A stretch of DNA of 61,670 nucleotides, the filler included. It is 8 parts of 8 records of this genome, joined end to end, with 100 filler letters (N's around TTAATTAATTAA, not from the genome) between each part and the next. Parts side by side here need not be neighbours in the genome. Positions count along the whole stretch, not along the records: positions 42,505 to 48,447 come from SRR31147125_94442; positions 48,548 to 55,033 come from SRR31147125_94487; 6 more parts are not named here. One strand, written 5' to 3'. Below the pieces are notes generated by a model, which saw nothing but the letters and a program-made list of their open reading frames with translations, searched no databases and had not been told where the DNA came from. Positions 43,253 to 53,868 of the stretch are shown here, piece by piece. The stretch's first letter is position 1. The number at the start of each line of letters is the position of its first letter. A program made the position numbers and the translations under genes.

Positions 43253-45411
43253 ATGTTAAGCGTATTAGAAGGGCTGAATGAGCGGCAGCGTGAAGCGGCG
43301 AGCGCAACAGAAGGGTTTATAAGAGTTATTGCGGGGGCGGGATCCGGCAAGACACGGGCATTGTCGCACCGTTTTGCGTATCTTGTTAATGAAATCGGCA
43401 TCATGCCGGGCAGCATACTTTGCGTTACTTTCACAAACAAATCCGCCAATGAGATGAGGCAGAGAATCCGCCGACTTACCGGAGACAACGACACAGGTTA
43501 CATCAGCACGTTCCACGGTTTTTGTGTAAGCGTATTGCAGGAAGACAGCAACGCAGTGCAGTACCCAAAAAGCTTCTTAGTGCTCGACAACAGCGACATT
43601 GACGCTATGCTAAAGATAATATACGAAGAAAGAGAGCTGACACTTCGGCACAAGACGTTTGCAAAAGCCCGTGACATGATAGAGATACGCAAGCTCTTGA
43701 AAGAACCAAAGTACTTTGAGCACATGATAGCTATGCCTATAGAGCGGCTGCACGAGATGTATTTAGGCGCAACGGAAACGGACGACATCATTTTTTACGG
43801 TTACCTGTATCAGCAGAAAAAGTGCTTTGGGCTTGATTACAACGACCTTATCAAATACGTTCTGCATATATTCGATATTAATGAGGAGATAAAGCTGAAG
43901 TGGCAAAAACGCCTCGAGTATATCATGATAGACGAATATCAGGATATAGACGAGCTGCAGTATAAGCTTATGAAGGTGTTGTGCGCTTATCACAAAAATC
44001 TGTTTATAGTCGGTGACCCAGACCAGACGATATATACCTGGCGCGGCGCAAGCGTAAAATACATACTTGATTTTGATAAAGAGTTTCCGGATGTGCGCAC
44101 TATCATGATGATGGAGAACTATCGCTCTACGCCCCAGATCATCGCCGCAGCAAATTCGCTTATAGACAAGAACAAGACAAGAGTTAAGAAAGACATCATA
44201 CCCACACTGCCGGACGGGGACACTCCGATATACCACCACGCAAAGACAACGCAGGGGCAGGCGGAGTGGATGGCGGAGAGAATAATAGAGCTTGCAGATT
44301 TAGGGGTGAAACTAGCTGATATAACTGTTCTATATCGGGCGCACTACGTTTCCCGCACGCTTGAAGCTGTGTTTTTAAAGAAAGAGATACCGTATACGAT
44401 ATACAGCGGAGTTCCGTTCTTTGGGCGAAGAGAGATAAAGGACGTTTTAAGTTACCTGCGGCTCATCGCATACAAGGACGACTTGTCATTTATGCGTATT
44501 GTCAACGTACCCAAGCGCAACATAGGCGAAAAGAGGATGCGCTTTTTGCAAGAGTTTGCAGACAGAGAAAAGTGCCCGCTTTATACTGCACTTGAGAGGA
44601 CTATAAACGACGACATTTTCAAGAACACAAAGGCAAAGCAGTTTTTGAGCCTGATAGAAAAGTTCAGTGCAGGGTATCATGACGTGCCTGTTTCCGAGCT
44701 GCTTTCAAAAGTGTTGGAGCAGAGCGGATATGAAAAAATGCTGAGGACGGAAGGAAGCCAGGAGCGGCTTGACAACTTGGCCGAGCTTAAGCAGTCTATC
44801 TATGAATACGAAACATCCTGCGGAGAAGAGCTTGCACTTGAAGACTACCTTTCGCACGTGGCGCTGCTTACCAACACAGATGCGGATTCGGGCAAGAACG
44901 CAGTTAAGTTTATGACGGTGCACACCGCAAAAGGCCTTGAGTTTAAAAACGTGTTCCTCTGCAGTTTAAGCGAAGGCATATTCCCCTCCAAAAAGACCGC
45001 AACGCCGGCGGCAATGGAGGAAGAGAGAAGGCTTGCGTTCGTTGCAATAACACGTGCGCAGGAGCGGCTTTTCCTTTCCGACGCACAGGGCGAAATTATG
45101 ACGGCACATACCAGTACCCGTCACGCTTTATTTTCAACATAGACAAGCATCTTTTGAATTATGAAGTGGAGCTGGAGGACAGCCTTATAAAAGAATCCGA
45201 CTGGTATATAAAAAGCAGCCAGGCAATTTTAGAAGAGACGGCGGCAAGGAAAGTGTTTAAACCGGGCGAGCGGGTAGTGCACAGCATTATGGGCAGCGGA
45301 AGTATTGTTGACATCGACAGGGACAAAGCGGCTTATATAATCAAGTTTGACGACATCGAGACTGTAAGAAGTATTAGCTTTAGGGCGAAGCTGGTGGAAG
45401 AGGAGGGGTAG
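43253..45411 (+). CDS. UvrD/PcrA-family helicase (frameshift at G3 ~45088-45090)
   Basis: AGAGSGKT, DEYQD, VGDPDQ.IY, NYRS, HTAKGLEF, EERRL..VA.TRA; shifted frame gives YPSRFI and a Tudor-like tail. Confidence 0.92.
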
Positions 45412-45420
45412 GTAGAAAAG

Positions 45421-45447
45421 AAAAGAGACCGTAATACAGTCTCTTTT
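45421..45447. terminator. Bidirectional terminator between convergent genes
   Basis: AAAAGAGAC...GTCTCTTTT inverted repeat. Confidence 0.7.
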
Positions 45448-45480
45448 AAGCATATCTAGAATCTACAGATAAAAACTTTG

Positions 45481-46760
45481 TTAATTAGTGAAACCAAAAT
45501 GAGTATGATATTCTTTAATTGCTCTTTGATCAGTTAAGCTAGCAACATAATCTTTTGCTAATATTACATTGTACAAAGGAATATTATAATTATCTCCTTC
45601 TGAATCAATTTCATTACCGATTACTAGATTAAAATTATATTGAGAAACTTTATTCTTTGCAATACCAATTTTTTCATCGGGTTTCCCATAGTTTTTTTTC
45701 ATATAGTCAGATTGTTTTAATAATTTATGCTTATCACTAAAACTAGTATCTATTAACTTTGGTGAAAATGCGTATAGATAGAAAAGAGAACTTATTATTT
45801 GTGATGCTCTAAAGTTTGCTGCAATTACTCTGGAATCTTTATGAAGAAGACCAGATTGCAATTTTATCCAGATTTCAGACATACAATCCTTAATATCAGA
45901 CGAAAAATCTATTAAATAGGAACCAAAGTCTTTAATTTCATTTTTATCATTAACTTTAACCAACCTCTTTTCGCTTGCAGAAAGGACATCTTCCATAACT
46001 ATTTTAAGAATAGCTCTTCGTTGAGAAACTAATAAATTATAAAGGGAGTTAGATGAATCGTCTAAACTAACCATACTAAAGTCAATTGGCGACTTATTAA
46101 AAAGTCTGCACTTCAGAATGTGCTCAAAGCGAATGGCTCCCATTTTAGTTCCATCTTCAATATCTGAAAGCATGTAAGAAATTTTATCAGCAATACGAAC
46201 TGTTTGAGACTCTAAGCTTCCAAAGCCTGTATCAATAGATGCTTTATGTTTACTGCTTTTTAAGATAACATCTTGACTAAGTAAATCTCCACTTTTCCTA
46301 AATGTATGTTTGGCAATACATTCTATGGTTTCTTTCATTAGATTTAAGCCGTTAAAACCTCCTAATGCTATTGAAGTATATGGATTCTCTAAATACTCAA
46401 CAACATCTAACCCATGTTCATAGTGATTAAAACCACCAAGCTTTTCTTTAATACTATTAAGAATATTATTTAATGCACATTCACCCCCATGGCCAAAGGG
46501 AGTATGACCAATATCATGACAAAGTGCCCCTGCTTCAATTAAATCGTTATTTAAACCAAAGGAACTTCCGATAGTTGTTGCAAGTTGCATTACTTCGATA
46601 CTATGTGTCAGTCGGGTTCTTACTCCACTTATTTCATCATGTTCGAAACTAAACACTTGACATTTATTTGCTAATTTCCTAAAGCTTTCAGACCAAATTA
46701 TTCTATCCCTATCACGCTGAAACTCAAGTCGAAAACCATCGTTTTTCTGGTCATTTCGCC
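45481..46760 (-). CDS. dNTP triphosphohydrolase (dGTPase, HD superfamily) domain
   Basis: FQRDRDRII.S..FRKL..K.QVF, RTRLTHS, HDIGHTPFGH.GE, AD.ISY...DIED, DYVASLTD; no ATG of its own upstream of these motifs. Confidence 0.92.
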
Positions 46761-48044
46761 TTTTGAATCTGTAATCGCTAAAGGACCAAAATTTGTTGTT
46801 TCAAGAATCATTTTAGGAGTACGTCTATTATTTGATGTATTAGTTCTCCATAAAAGTGCAAGTTTATTTAAAGTTTTTAATTCTGAAGTTATGCCAGAGT
46901 ATTTCTTTTCAAGTATAGTTGAAACTTCATCAAAAGTTTTTCCATCTTGCCAGAGGGAAAGAGTTTCTTTACTTAGCTCATAGTTTTTAACAGAAAATCC
47001 TATTTGATTACTAGTCCACATATGTACTTTCTCATTTTTATTTCGTCTTGTACTTACATCTTCAGAAAATTCTTTTATTAATGAAAAGTACTTATCCTGA
47101 TCATTATCCTGCTTGTCTTTTTTTATAAACACCCTTAAATGATTAGCTTGGTTTTCTAAATGGAAAGATATTATTTCATCATCATAGAATTGCTTAAAAT
47201 CTGATTTATTTTCTTTATTATTTTGTAATATTAATAAATCGCTTTTTCGCCATGGACGATCAGAACTAGTTTTAGTCTTATCTAGCATTATATTTTCAAA
47301 ACTAGGAATTACATACTCAAAGTAATCACTATTAATTTCCAATATATACATACCTTTATCTATTATAGATTTAACGTATTTTTGTCGAGATTTAATTATA
47401 TCCGGTCTTGTATTTTTTGACGGAATTGAAATTATTATATAGGAATTCTTTTTAATTAAAGACATTGCTTGATTAAGAAATTGCTCCATATGTTTTTCAT
47501 ACCATGGAGGATCCATGAAGATAACATCAAATTGAGCTTTGTCTGAATCAGGGATTGGCTCATTTAGAAGATTTATACGTTGAGAATCAATATTATTATC
47601 ATTTAATTCCTTTACTAAATCTTTATCAATATCATATACTTTAATTGATGTATTAAAACATTTTTTATAATAGAAAGCCACTGTTGGAATACCAAAAAAA
47701 GCAACTTTTCCTCTATTAGCTAATCTTTTAATTTGAAAGGCAATCTTTTCAATAGAATCAAGTGAAAACCACCATTGACTATACATAGAATTAGGTGCTG
47801 GCAAATCATAAATAAAGTATGAAGTTTCGCTACGTGCATTTAATTTCTTTACTTTTAATTCTGTTCGATACGCTTTATATACATCTGGTGTTTTTATTAA
47901 TTCATCATAGATATTTTGAGCAAATGGTATATCTACACTACCTAATTCACGAAGTATTTCATTAAAATCATCAGATTTATGATAAAGAAAGAACTCTATT
48001 TCATCACGCAACTGATTATTGTAACTACATTCTTTATCTTCCAT
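46698..48044 (-). CDS. Class I SAM methyltransferase-like domain, probably fused to the dGTPase
   Basis: SQWWF, VAFFG.PT, YDID, FDVIFMDPPWY; RBS GGAG before the ATG at 48044. Confidence 0.75.
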   Translation of the reverse strand: MEDKECSYNNQLRDEIEFFLYHKSDDFNEILRELGSVDIPFAQNIYDELIKTPDVYKAYRTELKVKKLNARSETSYFIYDLPAPNSMYSQWWFSLDSIEKIAFQIKRLANRGKVAFFGIPTVAFYYKKCFNTSIKVYDIDKDLVKELNDNNIDSQRINLLNEPIPDSDKAQFDVIFMDPPWYEKHMEQFLNQAMSLIKKNSYIIISIPSKNTRPDIIKSRQKYVKSIIDKGMYILEINSDYFEYVIPSFENIMLDKTKTSSDRPWRKSDLLILQNNKENKSDFKQFYDDEIISFHLENQANHLRVFIKKDKQDNDQDKYFSLIKEFSEDVSTRRNKNEKVHMWTSNQIGFSVKNYELSKETLSLWQDGKTFDEVSTILEKKYSGITSELKTLNKLALLWRTNTSNNRRTPKMILETTNFGPLAITDSKGEMTRKTMVFDLSFSVIGIE

Positions 48045-48080
48045 AAAAGCTCCAATCGAATTTATAATACTTTGTATATT

Positions 48081-48110
48081 ATTGTAACATAATATATAGT
48101 TGGGTTCCAA
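48081..48110 (-). promoter_or_regulatory. Putative sigma70/sigmaA promoter of the MTase-dGTPase gene
   Basis: TTGGAA-N18-TACAAT with an extended TG. Confidence 0.4.
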
Positions 48111-48249
48111 TAAATACAAAGAATCTTTATAATATCAACATTTGTCACACTCCCTCCATTCTGCTATCATATACGCATATAATCGTCAATATATTCATAG
48201 TAGTGATACTAACAGGCGAAAACAGACATCATAAATGTGGAGGCAGAAG

Positions 48250-48447
48250 ATGAGCATAGAAGTGCGCAGGCTAGACGAAAAAGAGCTGAAAGAGTTTATC
48301 AGGCTTCCGTTTAGGTTGTATAAAAAGGATAAGTTGTGGGTTCCGCCGCTTATATCCGAAGTGAAGAATATGCTGGACTGCGAAAAGAACAAGTTTTTAA
48401 AATCGGAGCACGCTTTTTTTATGGCGTACAGGGACGGAAAAGCCGGT
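48250..48447 (+). CDS. GNAT-like (YghO-type) protein, N-terminal part
   Basis: FI.LP..LY..D..WVPPL ... F.AYRDG; truncated at contig edge. Confidence 0.75.
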
Positions 48448-48547
48448 NNNNNNNNNNNNNNNNNNNNNNNNNNNNNNNNNNNNNNNNNNNNTTAATTAAT
48501 TAANNNNNNNNNNNNNNNNNNNNNNNNNNNNNNNNNNNNNNNNNNNN
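48448..48547. other. Artificial contig linker
   Basis: N-run with TTAATTAATTAA. Confidence 0.99.
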
Positions 48548-48723
48548 TCTACATAATCAACCACCTGAAAATTAAGGCGGTTAGAAGTGTCACTTTTGAT
48601 AAGATTCTCAATTTTCTGAATAACGTTATCATGCCTCTTTCCAAACTTCTCAGCTACGATCAAAGAATCTGTTTGGATCTTTTTCCCATGAACACTGACC
48701 AACTCAGATATTTCAAATTCCAT
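48548..48723 (-). CDS. Rha family phage regulatory protein, N-terminal part
   Basis: TDSL.VAE.FGKRHDNV...I..L ... NF. Confidence 0.9.
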
Positions 48724-48818
48724 TTTTGCACCTCATGTGATACTTCGGTTTACCCTTCGTCTCGTTATGATTGCGCGGTCGAGGTGGCTGCCTCTGATGA
48801 CCGCGCAGGGTTCATCGG

Positions 48819-49193
48819 TTATCCTTCAGAGAAAAATTTCTCCAACATGTCGAGCCCTGTTGAACCTCTGTCGTCGGTATCCCACCTTCCCGTTTCAGGA
48901 TCGTAGATGGCCCACATATCAGAATGTGGCGTCCCAAATGCAGTGAGTGGCGTTGTCAAAATCACCGGAGCACCGATAGCAGATTTGCCCTTTTTCCGGA
49001 GATTTTCGCATACCCAACCAACGATGGGTTTCAGATCCAGACCGGCGATGACATTCTCATTCTCCATGTCCCAAAGTGGCGTTGCCAGCTGTAGGTTTGA
49101 ATTGTTCGGAATAACTGTTGTGCTCATTTTTTCCTCTTTTCCGGCATCGCTGCCGATTTGATTTTGGACAAAATCGTCCATTTTTGATATCAA
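48819..49193 (-). CDS. Hypothetical protein
   Basis: ORF co-oriented with the element; start uncertain. Confidence 0.5.
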   Translation of the reverse strand: MISKMDDFVQNQIGSDAGKEEKMSTTVIPNNSNLQLATPLWDMENENVIAGLDLKPIVGWVCENLRKKGKSAIGAPVILTTPLTAFGTPHSDMWAIYDPETGRWDTDDRGSTGLDMLEKFFSEG

Positions 49194-49411
49194 TCGATTA
49201 TGTGTTTTTGCGGAGGCCCTCCATCAGCCTGCAAGCAAGGAAGAGCCCCGCGTTGGTCACCGGATCATCTAACCCGCTTCAATTCAATGATCGGTTGACA
49301 AGTGCATCTCCACCCACTCTCCCGGCGACATCCGGGAGCGTGGAAATACTCCGCTTCATAAATCTTGAGTTTGCATTTTCGCGACTTTCGTTTGTCTGGT
49401 TTCAAATAAAA

Positions 49412-49762
49412 TCACCTCCCTTCATTTGTAGTCTCTTCCGAAAGCCTCTCCGCAGTTTTACGGATCGCATTCCGGTACCTCTCACTGTTTCGACGATCGC
49501 CGTAGTAAACATGTCCGAGTTCTTTGAGTTGCTCATCGGTGATCAACTTGTGGTACGCTTTGTCCAGCTCATTTTTAAGTTGAGCCCAAGCACCGCCCAT
49601 CGTCCCAGGCAGAAGACGGAAGAACTGCTTCATCAGCTTGGATGACTTCGGGTAAAATTCCTGAACTCGATAGAACGCTTTTGAAAGATGTTCCCTGGCA
49701 ATGGCCAGGTCATCAGCAGTTTCGAGGTGGTCTTCCAATGTCATTTGCCTCTTCTTTCTCAT
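49412..49762 (-). CDS. Hypothetical protein
   Basis: ORF with RBS-like GAGG, co-oriented with the element. Confidence 0.6.
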   Translation of the reverse strand: MRKKRQMTLEDHLETADDLAIAREHLSKAFYRVQEFYPKSSKLMKQFFRLLPGTMGGAWAQLKNELDKAYHKLITDEQLKELGHVYYGDRRNSERYRNAIRKTAERLSEETTNEGR

Positions 49763-49811
49763 TTTTTTAGCCTCGCTTTCCCGGCAGCTTGCCGGATTTG
49801 TGGTCTGTTAT

Positions 49812-50132
49812 ACCGATTCAGACCGATTCAGACCGATTTAAACCGATTTATTTTTCAATCGGTCTGAACTTTTTTTAAATATTATCAATGCCTTATCTAC
49901 ACCAAGATCGATTAGACCGATTTTTTGCTTACCTTTTTATGTGTGTAAATTTTATAGAGAGAGGATTTTCTCTCTTAGTTCTTTTTTCTCCCACACAAAG
50001 GAACGTAAACAATCGGTATATCGGTCTATGTGAATTTTGTCACTATTCAAGACATTAAAATAATTACAAAAAGACCCTTTTTTTGATAAACCGATCACCC
50101 TTTTCCAATCGGTATGGATCGGTTTAATCGGT
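49812..50132. repeat. Iteron array / probable replication origin
   Basis: 12 ACCGAT hexamers: forward at 49812, 49822, 49832, 49842, 49916, 50090; reverse at 49858, 50012, 50020, 50108, 50118, 50127; AT-rich spacers. Confidence 0.8.
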
Positions 50133-52010
50133 TTAGAAATAAACATCGTCATCAAACTCAGGCTGTATGGTAAGAGTTCTTTTGTTCTTATCATATGTAT
50201 ACCTTAGCTTCTTATACGCGCAGTATTTTTGCAGCTTTAAAGAAAAGGACTTTGAACTTATATTGGCAGCCATGGAGTCACTAAAAAGGCACTTATACGC
50301 ATTGAAACAATCCTGGAAATTAACGGGCTCACACCTCGGTATCTCATCAGCGTAGTCAATGAGTATCCCTCCTACAGCCATTCGCAGTTTTTTATATTCC
50401 AATGTAGATGAGTGGTACGGCAGGATCCTACTCCCTGCATTGTAAAAAACCTCAACGCAAGAAAACATGAATTTGTAGAAAGCATTCCATTGGTGGGAGT
50501 CCCAATCATCAAATAAGATCCCAAAATCATCCGTAGGGGTATGACTACCATTGTAATAGGGATAGACTTCAAACTCATATTTACGTCTATCGTGTGAGTT
50601 ACCACTCCCCTTTATGGCGTAGTTCGTCGTGACGATTGTCTTGGGATTATCCTTCTGTGGAAATCGTATTTTTGTCTTATATTTCTGTTCAAATTCATGG
50701 CCATCTGTGATTTTTGAAAAGTAGCTTTCAAAATCAAACTCGTATTTGACATCATCTAAAAGTAGAGATTCCGTTGCGACGCTCATATTTTGAAATGCGA
50801 ATGTGTCTTGATTCGGCTTGTGGTTTTTGCCATCAAAAAACGCTTGATTCCGCATCTTTGATATGGCCTTGGCAATGATCGTCTTCCCAGTACCACCTTC
50901 GGGCGTATCACTGATTTGACCGTCAGTAAGGATAATGGCGACGGAGTAAGAGGGGTCATTGTATCGGGTCAGTAGGTATCCAATAACCGTTTTGAGTGCC
51001 TTGAACCTGGGTATATCCAAAGTAATAGAATGGCTTTTTTTGTCGGGGCTTACCACTTCGTGAGAACATACGTTTTTACAGAACTGCTCAAAGACGCTCG
51101 GTGCTGTATCACTGGTGTCGATGGTGTGAGCATTTATTGATTCTTCCCATATGAATTCACCGGTTTGTCGTAGGTTCTGATAGTCCGAGAAACAGACACC
51201 GACATTGGCAACCACAGACACAAAACCGTTTTTGAAATAAAAATGTGTCGCGTCTTTGGTGTCTCGATGCTTATTGAATTGAACTCTTTTCAGAGTTTCA
51301 ATTTTTGGCTCAGTTACGTGCTTGGCGACGTCCTCCCGCAGTTCTGCTTGTAGCTGATACCTTGTGTATCCTGGGGCAATATCCAAGGGCAGACGGTTTA
51401 TAGCCTCGTTTATGAGAAAATTTCTCACATCACCCACGTCAGCTTCTACACACACATTATTTTTCACTCGAATCAGTCGTTTGTCGCCATAAGCCTCGGT
51501 ATTGGAAAACCCCTCGTCCTGGAAAAACCAATACATCGCCTCGTTTTTGATTATCAGGCAAATACCCTCATCGGTTGACTCAACCTCCCAAAAACAGAAA
51601 GGCAGTTTGATTTCTTTGACCGCCCGATTGATTTCTTTGTTCTTTTTTCTGAATCTTTCGTTCTTCCACTTGGCAACCGCGTTTTTTAGATCCCTTTTTA
51701 ATGCTTGCCTTGTGGTGCCGGTGGCCTCACTCAATGCAACAATGCATAGCTGTAAATATGAATCGTCAATATCCCTATGGATCTTTTTGATTTTTAATTC
51801 CAACCATTGAGAAAGAAGCACTTTGGGGTTATCCTTGTTCTCGTCAATCCACCCCAAGAAATCATCATGCAGCTCATCGCTGGTTTTAGTTGGTTCGCCA
51901 GCGTGGAGAAAATAACAGGATTCCCCATGCTCCATGCCGTTGATGACAGGCTTCCCGGTTTCGGGATTTGCATAAAGCCTAGCGGTACATCGACGGCCGG
52001 AATCGCTCAT
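50133..52010 (-). CDS. SF3-like primase-associated helicase
   Basis: Walker A GGTGKT, Walker B LLLDD, motif C VTTN, arginine finger RRK. Confidence 0.8.
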   Translation of the reverse strand: MSDSGRRCTARLYANPETGKPVINGMEHGESCYFLHAGEPTKTSDELHDDFLGWIDENKDNPKVLLSQWLELKIKKIHRDIDDSYLQLCIVALSEATGTTRQALKRDLKNAVAKWKNERFRKKNKEINRAVKEIKLPFCFWEVESTDEGICLIIKNEAMYWFFQDEGFSNTEAYGDKRLIRVKNNVCVEADVGDVRNFLINEAINRLPLDIAPGYTRYQLQAELREDVAKHVTEPKIETLKRVQFNKHRDTKDATHFYFKNGFVSVVANVGVCFSDYQNLRQTGEFIWEESINAHTIDTSDTAPSVFEQFCKNVCSHEVVSPDKKSHSITLDIPRFKALKTVIGYLLTRYNDPSYSVAIILTDGQISDTPEGGTGKTIIAKAISKMRNQAFFDGKNHKPNQDTFAFQNMSVATESLLLDDVKYEFDFESYFSKITDGHEFEQKYKTKIRFPQKDNPKTIVTTNYAIKGSGNSHDRRKYEFEVYPYYNGSHTPTDDFGILFDDWDSHQWNAFYKFMFSCVEVFYNAGSRILPYHSSTLEYKKLRMAVGGILIDYADEIPRCEPVNFQDCFNAYKCLFSDSMAANISSKSFSLKLQKYCAYKKLRYTYDKNKRTLTIQPEFDDDVYF

Positions 52011-53230
52011 AGGATCCGATAAAGTAGCGCCATCGTATTTGGGGAGATTTTTTTGACTTCATCGACAGAAACGACACCCAAGTCATCGTCATCAAAGTGA
52101 AGCAGGATATCGCCGTAAAGATCAGAATATACTTTTTCGACATTACAGGCGGCCAGAAGGATTTTTTCACAGGTCTCCAGACTTTTACCCGTTTTTTTTG
52201 CCATAGCTGGTGCGCGTTTCTTGGCGCATTTTTCAGCGGTTTTTCTCGCCTCTGGTAGTATTGCCTCACGAGCTGCAGCATTCCATGCATCGAACTTTTC
52301 AAGCTCTTCTGGCGTCAAATCCGGTATCAATGCAGGGTTGAATATCCCGCCCTTATGGAAAACCGGATCAGGTCGTTTTTGAGTCCACCCTTCAGGAATG
52401 ACGGCCCCGGCTGGAAAGTCAATGCGCTCTGGACTGTTCAAAACTGCTGCATCAAACAAATCAGACCGGAGTAACATCGCCCCATTATCGGCAAGTTTGA
52501 AATAACCATATCCATTAATGCAGGATCGTTTCATCAATATATCTTTGTATCGCTGCATATTTGCACCAGGGACTACGGGAAAATACGTATGGTCTCCGGC
52601 TCCCTCGCCTGTAACCACTGCACCGGTTTCATCATAGATTAAACTTGATGCGGATCCACAAACCATTTTTGCAACGTTGGCCCAATACCCACCGGTTAAC
52701 TCGTCAATCGCTTGTTGACGCTTCTCCCATGACAACGGTTCTCTGGTAGGATGCGGGTCGTAATCTTTCATTTGAACAAATGGTCTTGAATTGTGGAAAT
52801 CGAAATCTTTTTTTGTCCGCGTGACGGCATCTTTTGGAGTACTGTTTTTGAATTTCTTCTTGAACCGACGCTCGGAAAAGACGTTGAAAACTTTTGGTAC
52901 GTCTTTTTTGGGGACACCCTGAACATATACCTGACTAGTATTCAGGCTCTGGGTTAACGCTGGCAATTCATGAAAATCGATATTGTGGACTTCACCGGTG
53001 CCCACTGCAAAATAGCAACCTGAACTATCTTTTATTACGTTTCCATCCGGATCTCTGGATATGCTTTTTGTGCATTTCCGGAGAGAAGTCAAAACGGTAA
53101 TGCTGATTGGAATCTTGGTGGGATCGGCTGACCGCTCTTGATTTTCATCATCAGAATTGTTATATTTTTCAACAGGTTCATCATCCGGGGGTGCCTCACT
53201 GCCAGGGGCGCTTCCTTCATTTTTCAGCAT
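52007..53230 (-). CDS. AEP-like primase N-terminal part, probably fused to the helicase (A7 run 52048-52054)
   Basis: DxD (KDYD) and G.H.YF motifs; the alternative frame runs into the helicase ORF. Confidence 0.6.
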   Translation of the reverse strand: MLKNEGSAPGSEAPPDDEPVEKYNNSDDENQERSADPTKIPISITVLTSLRKCTKSISRDPDGNVIKDSSGCYFAVGTGEVHNIDFHELPALTQSLNTSQVYVQGVPKKDVPKVFNVFSERRFKKKFKNSTPKDAVTRTKKDFDFHNSRPFVQMKDYDPHPTREPLSWEKRQQAIDELTGGYWANVAKMVCGSASSLIYDETGAVVTGEGAGDHTYFPVVPGANMQRYKDILMKRSCINGYGYFKLADNGAMLLRSDLFDAAVLNSPERIDFPAGAVIPEGWTQKRPDPVFHKGGIFNPALIPDLTPEELEKFDAWNAAAREAILPEARKTAEKCAKKRAPAMAKKTGKSLETCEKILLAACNVEKVYSDLYGDILLHFDDDDLGVVSVDEVKKISPNTMALLYRIL

Positions 53231-53250
53231 CTTCGAAAGCCCTCCCCCTT

Positions 53251-53568
53251 CTACGCGACTTTACAGTCTCGTTCAGCAATCCTCTTGGCTTGCCACGCTA
53301 TCACCTCAAGGTTTACCCATGCCGAGCTACGCGGCCCCAGCTTCACGGGTTTCGGAAATTCATCATCCCCGTAGATGGCCGCCTTGGATCTACCGGTGAC
53401 TTGCATGACTTGGGGAAGTTTCCAAAATTCGATGGAAAGTGCTGCTCCCCTTTCCATAAGTTGCTCGCAAAGATCTTCCGGAAGAGACAGTCTTTCCTTA
53501 AGATGTTTAAAAAACGCCTTGGAAAAAACAGATCGTTTTTCCGAGTGTTCAGTGTCATTTTTTTTCAT
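53251..53568 (-). CDS. AlpA family regulator/excisionase
   Basis: LPQV...TG.SK.AIY....FPKPVKLG.RS.AW...EV..W. Confidence 0.9.
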   Translation of the reverse strand: MKKNDTEHSEKRSVFSKAFFKHLKERLSLPEDLCEQLMERGAALSIEFWKLPQVMQVTGRSKAAIYGDDEFPKPVKLGPRSSAWVNLEVIAWQAKRIAERDCKVA

Positions 53569-53868
53569 AAGATTTACCTCTCCATAAAACTGGTCACTAA
53601 AAAGACTGCTTTAAACTTGTTCAGACCGTAACAGAGGGATTGGCTTTTTTAAAAATATGAAAAAGTCGACTTTTTTATATTTCGGAGAAAAGACGTCAAA
53701 CAACGTCAATGGTCGACCTCAAATAAACCAGTTGAAATTGTTTGATTTTTATTTTAGGCAGGGATGTTTTTTTGAGAGAGTAAATCTAAGGTGGGATTTT
53801 TTTTGTTTTGAAAAATTATTCTTCACCATAGGGGTCTGGTGAAAGGTCAGGATCAGCAATATCGGGGA

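Noticed and set aside
43074-45447. Two terminators sharing AAGAGACCG...GTCTCTTTT as element ends around the helicase
   Set aside because: The similarity is short and explained by terminator composition; no mobility gene or target duplication
49812-49850. 10-bp repeats as a CRISPR array
   Set aside because: Too short, no unique spacers, no cas genes; better explained as iterons
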